Shown here: positions 22,953 through 33,989 of the stretch, piece after piece
Layout: every line of letters begins with the position of its first letter
How positions within the stretch are numbered: the first letter of the stretch is position 1
Assembly (NCBI GenBank): GCA_963664395.2
Contig: OY761159.2
Location: forward strand, 1,696,001-1,760,000
Direction: 5' to 3'
Length of the DNA stretch: 64,000 nucleotides
DNA from: Candidatus Binatia bacterium
Lineage (GTDB): Bacteria; Desulfobacterota; Binatia; Bin18
Program-made: the position numbers and the translations under genes
The notes under the pieces: model-generated
Databases searched by the model: none
Told to the model about the DNA's origin: nothing
What the model saw: only the letters and a program-made list of their open reading frames with translations

Positions 22953-23771
22953 ATGCCGACACCGAGTGAGGCCAAGACAAAGGCGGCCACGACCTATAAC
23001 GCGGCGGCTGACGCCTACGACCTGAGTGCCAACTCGTTTTGGGGCCGCTTCGGCCGCCGGACGATCGACCGGCTCGACCTGTCGCCGGGCGCGCGCTGCC
23101 TCGACGTTTGCTGCGGCAGTGGGGCCTCAGCGATACCTGCGGCGAAAAAGGTGGCGCCTCATGGCTCGGTGCTCGGGGTTGACCTTGCCGAGGGGCTATT
23201 GGAGTTGGCGCGCGCTAAGGCCGCCCGCCAAGGGCTTGAGAATATCGAGTTCCGGGCCGGTGATATGTTAGACCTCGGCCTGCCCGACGGCCACTTCGAT
23301 ACCGTAGTCTGTGTGTTCGGCATATTTTTTGTCCCCGATATGCCTGGGGCGGTCAGGGAACTCTGGCGTATGGTCGCTCCAGGTGGAGTGCTCGCCATCA
23401 CAACCTGGGGGCCACATTTCTTTGAGCCTGCCAACACGGCGTTTTGGGATGCCGTCGCAGCGGTCCGACCCGCACTCTACAAAGGCTTCAACCCCTGGGA
23501 TCGTATCTCCGACCCCGGCTCTCTTCGGGCCATGCTGGAAGAGGGTGGCATCCGCGACATGCAGGTTGTCAGCGAGACCGGCGTCCATTCCCTGCGCTCA
23601 GCGGAAGATTGGTGGGCGGCCGTTCTCGGCTCGGGTTACAGAGGGACGCTTGAGCAGTTGGAGCCGGCCGAGCGTGAGCAGGTTCGCCAGGCTAATCTCG
23701 CCTCTATCCGGGCCAATGGCGTGGCGGCGGTCGAAGCCAACGTGCTCTACGCGACCGCAATCAAGCCATGA
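22953..23771 (+). CDS. Class I SAM-dependent methyltransferase
   Basis: LDVCCGSG and FDTVVCVFGIFF motifs. Confidence 0.85.
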   Translation: MPTPSEAKTKAATTYNAAADAYDLSANSFWGRFGRRTIDRLDLSPGARCLDVCCGSGASAIPAAKKVAPHGSVLGVDLAEGLLELARAKAARQGLENIEFRAGDMLDLGLPDGHFDTVVCVFGIFFVPDMPGAVRELWRMVAPGGVLAITTWGPHFFEPANTAFWDAVAAVRPALYKGFNPWDRISDPGSLRAMLEEGGIRDMQVVSETGVHSLRSAEDWWAAVLGSGYRGTLEQLEPAEREQVRQANLASIRANGVAAVEANVLYATAIKP

Positions 23772-23901
23772 GGCAAGAGCCCGCCCGGTTCATGACCACA
23801 CCTGAGAGGCGAGCCGTTTCATAAAATCCTGGCTGCGGGTTTTTCTTCTCCGCATCCACGTGATAAGGCACAAGCACGAAAAAAGATGTGGAAAATATCC
23901 T

Positions 23902-24333
23902 ATGCCTAGATTTCTTATATTCTGTCTCTTGCCGCTCATTGTTCTCGTGGGCGGTTGCTCCGAGCCTGAGGTCTACAAACCGCTCATCCAAATTTCGAAT
24001 GCGAAACTCACCCGTCCGGCCGAAGATGTCCTGCGTGTGACCCTGGACTATGAGTTAGTACCTGAGGAGCGCTTGCCTTTGCCCTACAAAGAAATCGTTA
24101 TTTCCCCGCTGGAGCCGCAGGTGAAGATCTTTGCCGCCCTGGAAGAATTTATCCTGTCGGTCGATACGGTCATTATCAAGATCGGCATTCCCCCCCAATC
24201 CGTTGATTGGCAGGAATTGAGCGACCCGGACGAGTGTTGTGTGGTGTCCTTAAAAGGGCTGGTAGAAGAAGGTGGGACCTACGAGCGGATAAGCAATCAT
24301 GTGCGCGTCCTGCCGCCGGAGCCACCCCAATAA
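23902..24333 (+). CDS. Hypothetical lipoprotein
   Basis: MPRFLIFCLLPLIVLVGG-C lipobox-like signal; no recognised domain. Confidence 0.55.
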   Translation: MPRFLIFCLLPLIVLVGGCSEPEVYKPLIQISNAKLTRPAEDVLRVTLDYELVPEERLPLPYKEIVISPLEPQVKIFAALEEFILSVDTVIIKIGIPPQSVDWQELSDPDECCVVSLKGLVEEGGTYERISNHVRVLPPEPPQ

Positions 24334-24366
24334 CCGCAGGCATATATCACGCTACAGGAGGGAGTC

Positions 24367-25479
24367 ATGGCAACAATCATTGACGCAGACGGACACCTGC
24401 TTGAGCCACCGCGCGTGTGGGAAGAATATACCGAGCCGGCCTACCGGGCCCAGGTGATTCAGATTGCTCAAGATGCGGAAGGGGTTGACTGTCTCAAAAT
24501 CAACGGCGAGCTGCGGCGCGATCGCAATATGGCGATTGCCGCGGCCTGCACACCCGGTGGCATGTCAGACGCCCAGCGGGCACGTACCATGTCTTGGGAC
24601 GACATTGTCCCTGGCGGCTACGACCCGCACGAACGGATCAAAGATATGGATCTTGAAGGCATTGAGGTCGCTTTTTTCTATCCGACCCTGTGGCTCATCT
24701 ACGGCGATATCACCGACCCGCCGGTCGCAGCCGCAGCCTGTCGCGCCTATAACAACTGGCTCGCTGACTTCTGCAAAGCCTATCCGCAGCGTTTTTATGG
24801 CGTGGCGCCTCTGCCCTTACAGGATGTCGATGAGGCCATTACCGAAATGCGTCGCGTCGTCAAAGAGCTGGGCATGCGCGCAGTCTTTGTGCGCCCCAAT
24901 CCATTTAATGGCCGCCGGCTCAACGACCCAGCCTATCATCCCCTCTGGCAGGAGGCCCAGGAACTCAATGTTCCCGTTGCCATTCATGGCAGTTTCGGCA
25001 CCAGGATGCCGACCCTTGGCCAGGAGCGCTATAAGGACCCGTTCTTTTTCCACATGGTCTGTCACCCGTGGGAACAGCAGGGCGCCTGTATGGATATTAT
25101 TTGTGGTGGTGTTTTAGCCCGGTTTCCCACACTCAAAGTGGCGTTTCTGGAGTCCGGGGTCGGCTGGCTCGGCTATTGGCTGGACCGTATGGACAGCCAT
25201 TTTGATACCATGGGCCATTATGTCCCGTGGCTCAAAAAGCGGCCGAGTGAGCACTTTCGCGAACAGTGCTTTATCTCTATGGACCCGGACGAGAGCAGCC
25301 TGAGCAGTATTGCTGAGCTGGGGCTCGAAGAGTGTGTCGTTTGGGGGTCGGACTATCCCCACTTCGACTGCACCTTTCCCGGTGTGGTTGACGAAGTCAA
25401 AGCCTCATGTGCAAAACTCTCCCTCCACGCACAGCAAAAAATCATCGGTGAGAATGCCAAGCGGCTGTACAATTTGTAG
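24367..25479 (+). CDS. Amidohydrolase_2 family protein
   Basis: IIDADGH, AYNNWLADFC and WGSDYPH motifs. Confidence 0.88.
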   Translation: MATIIDADGHLLEPPRVWEEYTEPAYRAQVIQIAQDAEGVDCLKINGELRRDRNMAIAAACTPGGMSDAQRARTMSWDDIVPGGYDPHERIKDMDLEGIEVAFFYPTLWLIYGDITDPPVAAAACRAYNNWLADFCKAYPQRFYGVAPLPLQDVDEAITEMRRVVKELGMRAVFVRPNPFNGRRLNDPAYHPLWQEAQELNVPVAIHGSFGTRMPTLGQERYKDPFFFHMVCHPWEQQGACMDIICGGVLARFPTLKVAFLESGVGWLGYWLDRMDSHFDTMGHYVPWLKKRPSEHFREQCFISMDPDESSLSSIAELGLEECVVWGSDYPHFDCTFPGVVDEVKASCAKLSLHAQQKIIGENAKRLYNL

Positions 25480-25501
25480 GCATCGAAGAAGGAGAGACTC
25501 C

Positions 25502-26692
25502 GTGGACCTGGCATATTCCAAAGAAGACGAGGCGTTTCGGAAAACGGTGCGGACCTGGCTCAAAGCAAACGTGCCGAAAAAAGACAAAACCGCGAGTGAC
25601 TTGCCGCCGAATGATCCCACCCGCATTCAACGCGCCAAGGACTGGCAGCGCAGGCTGCATGAGGCCGGCTATGTCGCGCTCGGTTGGCCGAAAGCCTACG
25701 GCGGTCGGGGCGACACCGACATTATGCACCAGACCATTGTGAATGAAGAACTGGTCCTGGCGCGTGCGCCGGGTCTGATCGGCGCGTCCGGTTTGACCAT
25801 GCTCGGCCCCACCCTGCTGCAAGTCGGCTCCGAAGAGCAGAAACAGCGCTATTTGCCCACAGTCCTCAGCGCAGAAGAAATCTGGTGCCAGGGCTATTCC
25901 GAGCCGGGGTCGGGCTCGGACCTGGCTTCGCTTCGGACCAAAGCCGAACTCGTTGGCGACGAATTCATTATCAACGGCCAAAAGGTCTGGACCTCCGGGG
26001 CGCAGTTCTCGGACTGGATGTTCTGTCTGGTGCGGACCGACCCGGATGCGCCCAAGCATCGCGGCATCTCATATATTTTGATTGATATGAAGACACCCGG
26101 GATCACGGTCCGCCCCCTCGTTCAAATGACGGGAGACGCCGGCTTTAACGAGGTCTTTTTTGAGGATGTGCACGTCCCGCGAGCGAATGTGGTCGGCGAA
26201 CTCAACCAAGGCTGGCTTGTCGCCAATGCTACCCTTTTTCATGAGCGCAATATGTTGGGCTCGACGACCCGTACGCAGCTCATGCTGCAAAACCTCGTGC
26301 GCTTGGCCCGCAGCCATAGCCGCTATGGCCAGCCCGCGGCGCAAGACCCGCTCATCCGCCAGCAATTGGCCGACCTGACAACGCGGGTCGAGGCCATGAA
26401 ATACCACTCCTTTCGGCAACTCACAGATGCAACCAAAGGCAGGCAGCCTGGCATTGGAGCCATGGTGAATAAACTGGTCGGGACCGAACTGAACCACGAT
26501 ATTTGCGCGATTGCCCTTGAAATCATGAATTCCTATGCCCCGCTCAACCGTGGGGCCTCACACGTTATCGACAATGGCATCTGGCCGTATGAGTTTATGT
26601 TCACGCTGGGTCTCGTTATCGGGGGCGGGACCTCCCAGATTCAGAAGAATATCATTAGCGAGCGTGGGCTGGGCATGCCGAAGTCGCACTAA
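25502..26692 (+). CDS. Acyl-CoA dehydrogenase (alpha subunit of a heteromeric pair)
   Basis: WCQGYSEPGSGSDLASL, NGQKVWTS and IGGGTSQIQKNII motifs; GTG start after AGGAG. Confidence 0.9.
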   Translation: MDLAYSKEDEAFRKTVRTWLKANVPKKDKTASDLPPNDPTRIQRAKDWQRRLHEAGYVALGWPKAYGGRGDTDIMHQTIVNEELVLARAPGLIGASGLTMLGPTLLQVGSEEQKQRYLPTVLSAEEIWCQGYSEPGSGSDLASLRTKAELVGDEFIINGQKVWTSGAQFSDWMFCLVRTDPDAPKHRGISYILIDMKTPGITVRPLVQMTGDAGFNEVFFEDVHVPRANVVGELNQGWLVANATLFHERNMLGSTTRTQLMLQNLVRLARSHSRYGQPAAQDPLIRQQLADLTTRVEAMKYHSFRQLTDATKGRQPGIGAMVNKLVGTELNHDICAIALEIMNSYAPLNRGASHVIDNGIWPYEFMFTLGLVIGGGTSQIQKNIISERGLGMPKSH

Positions 26693-26736
26693 CTCAGCCC
26701 AGGCAGACGCTTTTTTCACCCAGAAGGGGCCTCACT

Positions 26737-27864
26737 ATGGACTTCGGCTTATCGGAAGAACAAGACCTGCTCCAGCACTCAGCCAGAGAATTTCTGACAC
26801 GGGAATGCCCGCCCCAGTTCGTGCGTACGCTGTTAGACGACGCGCATGGTTTTTCGCCTGAGTTGCATCGGAAAATGGCAGAGCTGGGGTGGACCAGCCT
26901 GCTTGTTCCGGAAAAATTCGGTGGTCTCGGTCTCGGTCTGCTTGATATGGCTCTGCTGCTCGAAGAGATGGGCAGAGCCGCGGTTCCAGGTCCGTTTCTT
27001 TTTTCTTCAGCCCTGGCCACTTTCGCCATTATGCGTGGCGGCAGTTCCGCTCAGAAAAAAGCCTGGTTGCCCAGGCTCGCCTCGGGTGAGGCCATAAGCA
27101 CCCTGGCCTTTCTTGAAGCCAGCGACCGCCTGGATGCCGCCGGCATCACCCTCAAGGCCAAGAAAAAACGCGAGGGATATATGCTGAGCGGCACCAAGAT
27201 GTTTGTCCCGTTTGCCCCTGTTGCCGACGTTTTTGTGGTGGCAGTCCGAACCAGCGGGAAAGGAGAAAAAGGCGTCAGTCTTGTTCTGGTCGAACGAGAC
27301 GCCCCAGGTCTCAGCATGCAACCGCTGGACATTTTTGATCGGACGCGACGCGTGTACGAGGTCAAGTTCAAGGAGGTTCCGATCTCCGGCTTTCTTGGCA
27401 GGGAAGGCAGAGGCTGGAAACTGCTTGCCCAGCTTCAAGATATGGCGTGCGTTGCCTTATCCGCCGACAGTCTTGGGGGCGCACAACAAGCGCTCGATAT
27501 GGCGGTGGAGTACACCAAAATTCGCGAGCAGTTCAACCGGCCGATTGCCTCCTTCCAGGCCCTCAAACACATGGCGGCCGAAATGGTGAGCGAGATTGAA
27601 CCGGCCCGCTCTTTAGTCTGGTATGCCGCCTACGCGTTTGACACGCGCGCCGATGATGCGTCTCGTGCGGCGTCTGTTGCCAAGGCCCGTCTGTCCGAGG
27701 TCTATACCCGCGCGACGAACAAGGCCGTGCAAATGCACGGCGGGATTGGTTTTACCTGGGAGCACGATATGCACTTCTGGTTCAAACGGGCCAAGTGGAA
27801 CGAGTTTGCCTTCGGCGCCGCCGCCTATCACCGGGAGCGCATCGCGCAGTTTGACGGATATTGA
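26737..27864 (+). CDS. Acyl-CoA dehydrogenase (beta subunit of a heteromeric pair)
   Basis: REQFNRPIASFQALKH and QMHGGIGFTWE motifs. Confidence 0.9.
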   Translation: MDFGLSEEQDLLQHSAREFLTRECPPQFVRTLLDDAHGFSPELHRKMAELGWTSLLVPEKFGGLGLGLLDMALLLEEMGRAAVPGPFLFSSALATFAIMRGGSSAQKKAWLPRLASGEAISTLAFLEASDRLDAAGITLKAKKKREGYMLSGTKMFVPFAPVADVFVVAVRTSGKGEKGVSLVLVERDAPGLSMQPLDIFDRTRRVYEVKFKEVPISGFLGREGRGWKLLAQLQDMACVALSADSLGGAQQALDMAVEYTKIREQFNRPIASFQALKHMAAEMVSEIEPARSLVWYAAYAFDTRADDASRAASVAKARLSEVYTRATNKAVQMHGGIGFTWEHDMHFWFKRAKWNEFAFGAAAYHRERIAQFDGY

Positions 27865-27965
27865 TGCGGAGGAATTCCTATTGGCATCACACCGGAACAG
27901 GATTAAATGATTACGTGATTATCCTGATAATCTGATAGTCCAGATCAATACGAGAGACTTTTTTC

Positions 27966-28688
27966 ATGCCGCTATGCTCTTTCACTGTCGTGTTTCTTCT
28001 GCTGGGGAGTCTCTTCTCATTTGCTCAGGCCCAATCGGAACCGCACCTCCCGCTCGGTGCGGAGTGGCAGTCAACGCTGGCGCACATAGAACAATTACCC
28101 AGTCTTGAACGCGAGGCAGATGGAAGCCTGAAAGCCGCGGCCACCATCCGCTCGGGTCCTGAAATCGTGTTGTACGCCACATGGCAAGCACGGACTGTTA
28201 CCTTTCGGATTGATCGCAATTTCGGCTTATATGCGCTTGGCATCGAGTTGGTGCCCGAAGCGGTCCAGCACGCGCCCGAGACAGACGACTCCGAACTCCG
28301 CGACCTGGAACACCGCGCCCCCATGCGCCTGGCAGTAGTGAATAAATACGGGAGACCGCAGGGGCTCACCAACCAGTGGGACGGCCTTGATGTCAGTCCC
28401 TTGCCAGACTCAGGCTGGAAGAGAGCCAATGTGACCGACTGGTCCTACGCTCTGTCCTGGCTGGTTTGGAAAGGCCAGGCAACCCGCATTGCCGTCGGTG
28501 AACAAGAAGTCTGGTATGTCAGTCAAGCCCAGCTCGACCGGCGCAAGCAAGCCCGGGCGTTACTCGAACAGCACGCCGGGGCCGTTCAAGGGGTCGATCT
28601 CGTCCGCCAAGCTGAGCGCCAGCAGCGCCTCGACCGCGCGCGGGACGCCATTCCAACGCGGGCAGAAGCGTTGGCACCGTTATTGTAA
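27966..28688 (+). CDS. Hypothetical secreted protein
   Basis: Signal peptide ending AQA; no recognised domain. Confidence 0.55.
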   Translation: MPLCSFTVVFLLLGSLFSFAQAQSEPHLPLGAEWQSTLAHIEQLPSLEREADGSLKAAATIRSGPEIVLYATWQARTVTFRIDRNFGLYALGIELVPEAVQHAPETDDSELRDLEHRAPMRLAVVNKYGRPQGLTNQWDGLDVSPLPDSGWKRANVTDWSYALSWLVWKGQATRIAVGEQEVWYVSQAQLDRRKQARALLEQHAGAVQGVDLVRQAERQQRLDRARDAIPTRAEALAPLL

Positions 28689-28926
28689 AGCGGCGCGCGC
28701 CGTTGCCAAACAGCGGGCCGAGTAGGCTTTGGCCAACGGAAGGCTGCGCTCACCCCTGGGAACGTGTCTGTCTATGCTCAATTGGCTCTCATGCGACGAG
28801 GAAAAAGAGCCGCACCGGGTTGGCAGCTCTGTGGGAGAAAACGGAGCCGCTCAGCTATGAAGAGCGCTCCGTAGCGGTGAGAGCCTCAATGGTGTTGAGG
28901 CTCTTCGGCGCTGGAATCAGGCAGGC

Positions 28927-29145
28927 TTACCCCTCTTCGTCGGGCGCGGCCCACTCGTCAGGAAGAGGCTGCGGGCCGGGTCGAATGCCGGCAATGTCGG
29001 GATCATCGCCTCCTTCAGCGCGAGGGTTTGCCGCTTTTCGCGCTTTGGCCTCGCGCCTCCGCTCAGCTTTCTCCTTTTGCTTTTGTTGACGGTATTGTTC
29101 CCGTTGGCGCTTGAGAAAACTCGTAGGTTTTGCTCTTCCTGGCAT
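28927..29145 (-). CDS. Small basic protein with DPDIAGIxPGPQP motif
   Basis: MPGRAKPTSFLKRQRE...DDPDIAGIRPGPQP; GAGG RBS overlapping the stop of the upstream RRM gene. Confidence 0.7.
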   Translation of the reverse strand: MPGRAKPTSFLKRQREQYRQQKQKEKAERRREAKARKAANPRAEGGDDPDIAGIRPGPQPLPDEWAAPDEEG

Positions 29146-29149
29146 ACCT

Positions 29150-29413
29150 CTACCACCGACGTTCGCGGCGCTCCCTGGGTCGTGCTTCATTGACTGTCAG
29201 CGCCCGTCCCATAAACTCATATTCATGAAAACGTTCAACAGCCGTTCGGGCTTCATCATCGTTTTCCATTTCGATAAAGCCAAACCCGCGAGAGCGTCCG
29301 CTCTCTCTATCGGTAATAATATTCGCTGATGCGACTATACCAACTTCGCCGAATAACGCTTCGAGATCAGCCGGGGTTGCATCCCATGAGAGATTACCAA
29401 CAAATAACTTCAT
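29150..29413 (-). CDS. RRM RNA-binding protein
   Basis: KLFVGNL (RNP2), RGFGFIEM (RNP1) and LTVNEARPRE motifs. Confidence 0.93.
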   Translation of the reverse strand: MKLFVGNLSWDATPADLEALFGEVGIVASANIITDRESGRSRGFGFIEMENDDEARTAVERFHEYEFMGRALTVNEARPRERRERRW

Positions 29414-29649
29414 CACAACAATTGCCTCCTCTGGCAAGAAAATAGACCCGGCGACCTAGCAGTAGTTCGTCTGGGTGAATACCTTACAAATCATATTTGG
29501 ACGGGGTTCGATAGGGGTATCAAAATTTTTCCGGACCAACCCGCGCGGCGTGCTCCCTTCCATTGCGCCGTCCGCTCCCATGCCTGCTGGGGTACTGCTT
29601 TGATCATGGTGGGGCAGGGAGAACGATATCATCCCATCCATTGGTTCGA

Positions 29650-30612
29650 TTAACGGTGGAGTATCCGCTTGAGTGCGTCATCACGCTCATTGTTGAAGCG
29701 CCGGGCGATCTCCGCACCAGGTGCAAAACCGTTAAAGCCGTGGTACCCGCCTGGATATACATGCAGTTCGGTCGGGACACCGGCCGCAAGCAGACGCTGC
29801 GCGTAATCGATGTTCTCGTCCAGGAATAAGTCGAGGTCACCCACCGGAATATAGGTCGGCGCTAAGCCCGTGAGATCGCTGGCCCGAGAGGCCGCAGCAT
29901 ACGCTGAGACATCTTCTCCACCGGGTTCTCGGCCAAGGTAGGCGTGCCAACCCATGCGGTTGTTTTCCCGGGTCCACACAAAGGTATCAGGCAACGTCTC
30001 GCCGGCAGGGGAGACATTGCGGTCGTCAATCATGGGATAGATCAGCAGTTGAAAGGCCAGCTCGACTTCAGCCCGGTCGCGCGTCAACAGAGCCAGCCCT
30101 GCCGCCAGCCCCCCACCCGCACTCGCTCCACCAATGGCAAGCCGTGATTGCTCAACGCCGAGTTCGCCGGTGTGGGTCGCCAGCCACTTGAGCGCGGCAT
30201 AACAATCCTCGACTGGAGCCGGAAAGGGATGCTCAGGAGCGAGCCGGTACTCAACCGAGACCACCACGCACTGCGCGACTTTGGCCAAATGCGTGGCCAG
30301 CAGGTCGTCCCGCTCGACACTGCCCAGCACATAGCCCCCGCCATGAATCCAGAGAAGAGCAGGCAGCGTGTCAGGCCGCTCGGTTGGCTGATAAATGCGA
30401 ACGAACACCTCTCCGTCAGGTCCGGGCACCTGCCGGTCGGCGGTGGTGATGCCCGTGATGGGGGCTGTCTTGGCCATTTGCGCCGCGGCCAGCTCATCCA
30501 TCCTGCGGCGGGTGGCCGGGATATCATGCAGATTAAGCCCGCCTCCGGTCAGGTGAAGAAAGGTTTCGAGCGGCGCGGCCAGCTCCGGGTCGAGCCGATT
30601 TTGCATATTCAT
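29650..30612 (-). CDS. Alpha/beta hydrolase (HSL-family esterase)
   Basis: HGGG, YRLAPEHPFPA, GASAGG and HGF motifs. Confidence 0.92.
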   Translation of the reverse strand: MNMQNRLDPELAAPLETFLHLTGGGLNLHDIPATRRRMDELAAAQMAKTAPITGITTADRQVPGPDGEVFVRIYQPTERPDTLPALLWIHGGGYVLGSVERDDLLATHLAKVAQCVVVSVEYRLAPEHPFPAPVEDCYAALKWLATHTGELGVEQSRLAIGGASAGGGLAAGLALLTRDRAEVELAFQLLIYPMIDDRNVSPAGETLPDTFVWTRENNRMGWHAYLGREPGGEDVSAYAAASRASDLTGLAPTYIPVGDLDLFLDENIDYAQRLLAAGVPTELHVYPGGYHGFNGFAPGAEIARRFNNERDDALKRILHR

Positions 30613-30961
30613 ATTGTCTCTCCCTTTTTTCTCGTCGTCTTCAGGCTGATACCAATTTCACCACACGCGCCTCAGTACGCACCAGATCGGGCAGAGTATA
30701 ATTCAGGCCGGCCGAAACGCAAGTCAAACCTGTGTCCAAAACAGTTCCGGCAACTCTGGAGCCAGTAGGTTTCACCTGGTATATTCGCTCCCAGCATGAG
30801 GCTGAAGGAGGCCATACTCATGATAGCCAGCTGAATGAACACCTTGGCCGTCAAGCAGAGACACTGGAATACACTCCAAGAGATGAAGCGCTCCTTGGTA
30901 AAGCTGCTTCCGAACAGACGTGACACGACAGATAAGAGAAGAATATCTATTGAGGAGGAAT

Positions 30962-31408
30962 ATGATGGCGAAACTCAGACATATTGCGATAGCGACCCAA
31001 AACGCTGAGCAGACGGCCAAGTTTTATGTTGAAGCATTTGGCCTGACCCGGATCTCCACGATCGATACTCCTATCGTGTCTGGCGCTTTTCTCACCGATG
31101 GGACAATCAACTTGGCGATTCTTGACTTCAAGAACGACCAAATCGCCGGCGTGGAGCGGGGTCAAGACTGGACGGGTATTCACCACATCGGGTTTGAGGT
31201 TGAAAACTTGGAAGAAATCGCGCAGAAGCTAGCCGGTGCCGGCGCCACTCCCCGCACTGACATCAACCAAGCCCTCGGTCTCGGCAGTGGCCACCAAGGT
31301 AATGCCGAGGTCAGATACAGTGGTCCTGACGGTGTTACTTTCGACGTCTCGCAGACGGGCTGGGTCGGCACCGCACGTCGTCCCGGAAAGAAAGGGGACA
31401 GCCAATGA
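30962..31408 (+). CDS. VOC/glyoxalase family protein
   Basis: LRHIAI, IHHIGFEV and GPDGVTFDVS motifs; GAGGAGG RBS. Confidence 0.85.
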   Translation: MMAKLRHIAIATQNAEQTAKFYVEAFGLTRISTIDTPIVSGAFLTDGTINLAILDFKNDQIAGVERGQDWTGIHHIGFEVENLEEIAQKLAGAGATPRTDINQALGLGSGHQGNAEVRYSGPDGVTFDVSQTGWVGTARRPGKKGDSQ

Positions 31409-31472
31409 AATTTATCTTGCATATCGGGGGGCGAATCCGCCACTAGCTCGAGATGAATAGGACGGAGGGCGC

Positions 31473-33255
31473 TTACTCCTGCCTGGTGAAGACGAAGTGC
31501 TCGTCCATCTTCTGTCGGGCGTCCTGCATAAAAGTCACATAGCGGTGGAAACCACCGTTGTAGTTCCCGTCCTGCCGGCGGTTGGACTCGCCCTCGAAGT
31601 TGTAGTAGCCGGGCGTACAGTCCCGGTTGCGGCTGGTCTTGCCCCGATGCTTGATGACTTCCTGGACCCACCACTCCTCGGCCTCGGGCGTCGGGTCTAT
31701 CGACCGATAGCCGTTGCGGCGGACATGGTCGATGCAGGCCGCGATATGGTCGCCCTCGGTGTTGAGAATATCCGTCAGATTGAATTGGAACGAAGACTGA
31801 TAGCCGCCCATGATGAACAGATTCGGGTAGCCCTGGGTATGCAGACCAAACAGGGTGCGGATGCCGCTGCTGTATTTGTCGGTCAGGTCGAGCCCGCCCA
31901 CGCCCGTGATCCGGTTGTAAATGCCGGTCTTCTGGACCTCAAAGCCGGTGGCATAGATGAGCAGGTCGAGCGCGTACTGCTTGCCCTCAAACACGACTCC
32001 CTTTTCAGTGATCTCGCTGATGCCCTTGCCGTGGGTATCGACGAGATGGACGTTGGGCCGGTTGAAGGTCGGCAGGTAATCATTGTGGAAGCACGGCCGC
32101 TTGCACATGAACATATACCACGGCTTGAGCGCGTCGGCGGTCGCTCGATCCTGCACGATCTCGTCTATGCGCTGGTGAATGCGCAGCATGTAGTCGATGT
32201 TGGCGTTCTCCTGGCGGCGGATGATCTCCTCGCGGGGCAGAGCGGCGCGCTGGACCTTCTGTTCCTCGGTCAACTGCGGGTCCATGATTTTGCGCATAAT
32301 GTTCCGCCGCTCGGTCTGCCAGCCGGGCGTCAGCTTGCGGGCCCAGTTGGGGTCGGTCGGATGATCGTCGCGGATGTCAATCGAAGACGGCGTGCGTTGG
32401 AACACGTATAATTCCCTGGCCGCCTCACCCAGGCCGGGAACCGCCTGGACCGCGGTCGCCCCGGTGCCGATAATCCCGCCGACTTTGTCTGCCAGACCCG
32501 ACAGGTCCTCCCCGGCATAGTCGTAGTCCCAGCGCGAGGTATGACAAGGAGTGGCCCCGAAAGGACTCCATGCCGGCGATCCTGGTCAGCTTCGGCTTGG
32601 ACAGGGTGCCATTGGCACAGATCACGAACTGCGCCCGCATATGGTCGCCCCGGTCGGTTCGGATATGCCACAGCTCTTCTTCTTCGTCCCATAGCGTGGA
32701 CGTGACCGTCGTCTGGAAGACCGCTGACTTGTACAGATCGTATCTCTTGGCGATTGCCTGGCAGTGGGCGTAAATCTCGGACCCCTTGGCAAAGCGGTCT
32801 TTGGGCACATAGTCCATCTCGTCGAGCAGCGGCAGATAGTCATACGACGGCACGTCACACGCCACGCCAGGGTAGCGGTTCCAATACCAGGTGCCGCCAA
32901 CATCGGCTCCGCGTTCCACAATACGGATGCTCTCCACCCCACATTTGCGCAGCCGGGCAGAGGTGAGCAGGGCGGAAAAGCCGCCGCCGATGAACAGGCA
33001 TTCCACCCTGTCGTTGAGGGGCTCACGCGGGACAAGCGGGCCGCCGTAGGGATCGTCCTCGTAGTGCGCCAGCCCGTCGGTCAGGTCCGAGGTGTACTGC
33101 GCCGTCCCTTCCGGTCGGTAGCTCAGCCGGAGATTCCGCTCCTCGGCAAACTTCTGTTTGATGGCCTCGTAATAGGCTTGCGGCTTGGGGGATGGCGAGA
33201 GCCAGCTCAGGGGGTCAATCAGGGGCTTTTCCATTATGCCCGACGGTTCAGCCAT
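31473..33255 (-). pseudogene. Baeyer-Villiger monooxygenase, frameshifted
   Basis: GGTWYWNRYPG in the 5' ORF; one extra base at ~32545 breaks GHSFHTSRWD; the restored frame continues [10 protein letters not shown]...VFQRTPS into the 3' ORF. Confidence 0.85.
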
Positions 33256-33275
33256 ATATTTGCTTCCTCCCTCTC

Positions 33276-33647
33276 TCATTCCGCGGGATCATCGTCGGTG
33301 ACTCGATACCACTCCCAGCGCAGTCCCTGCGGTTCCAAGGCCCACACCTTGTTCTGGGTTGCATGGCAACACGTCTTCTTGTTCTGGACCTCGGGCATAA
33401 TACCCGCGGCCTCGAACCGTGCCGTAGCAGAGGCAATCTCGGCCTCATCAAACACCTCGACCCCGAGATGATTCAGGCGCTCCTCAGCCTCCGGGTTCTC
33501 GAGCAAGACCAGCTTGAGTGGCGGCGTGTCAATCGTAAAATTGGCATAGCCTTCTCTCAGTTTGTGCGGTTTGACGGCAAACAGCTTCGAGTAATACTCG
33601 ACCGCCTCATCGAGGTCACGAACGTTGAGCGCCAGTTGGAGTCGCAT
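33276..33647 (-). CDS. ArsI/CadI-family VOC metalloenzyme
   Basis: RLQLALNV, PPLKLVLLE, NHLGVEV and TCCHATQNKVW motifs. Confidence 0.85.
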   Translation of the reverse strand: MRLQLALNVRDLDEAVEYYSKLFAVKPHKLREGYANFTIDTPPLKLVLLENPEAEERLNHLGVEVFDEAEIASATARFEAAGIMPEVQNKKTCCHATQNKVWALEPQGLRWEWYRVTDDDPAE

Positions 33648-33989
33648 AGCCCTGCTCCTTCCGGGGTAATGATCCCCGATAACACATCCTAATTGCAGAA
33701 TAGTATACAGACCTGTGACAAAAACCTAGTCATCTCAATACGCGACCGATGGGATCGTGTTATGTGGAGCGGATTATATAGAACTTTAGTCCGAGAGGAA
33801 CGTCTAAATGAGTTCACCTTCCAAGGCATCGACTGGCAGCGAATTTCGACCTGCACAGCTCAGAATCCGCACCGGACAAAAACGGTATCTAGACCGCCAC
33901 CGATGTTGAAATCCAACGTCGATTCAACGAACTCAGACGCGAGCTTCTAGGCCATCGTGTAAAGCTTCCTGATCGGTGGCTCGCCGCGA

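Noticed and set aside
33709-33726. IS-end-like sequence AGACCTGTGACAAAAACC
   Set aside because: No partner inverted repeat or transposase was found in the window.
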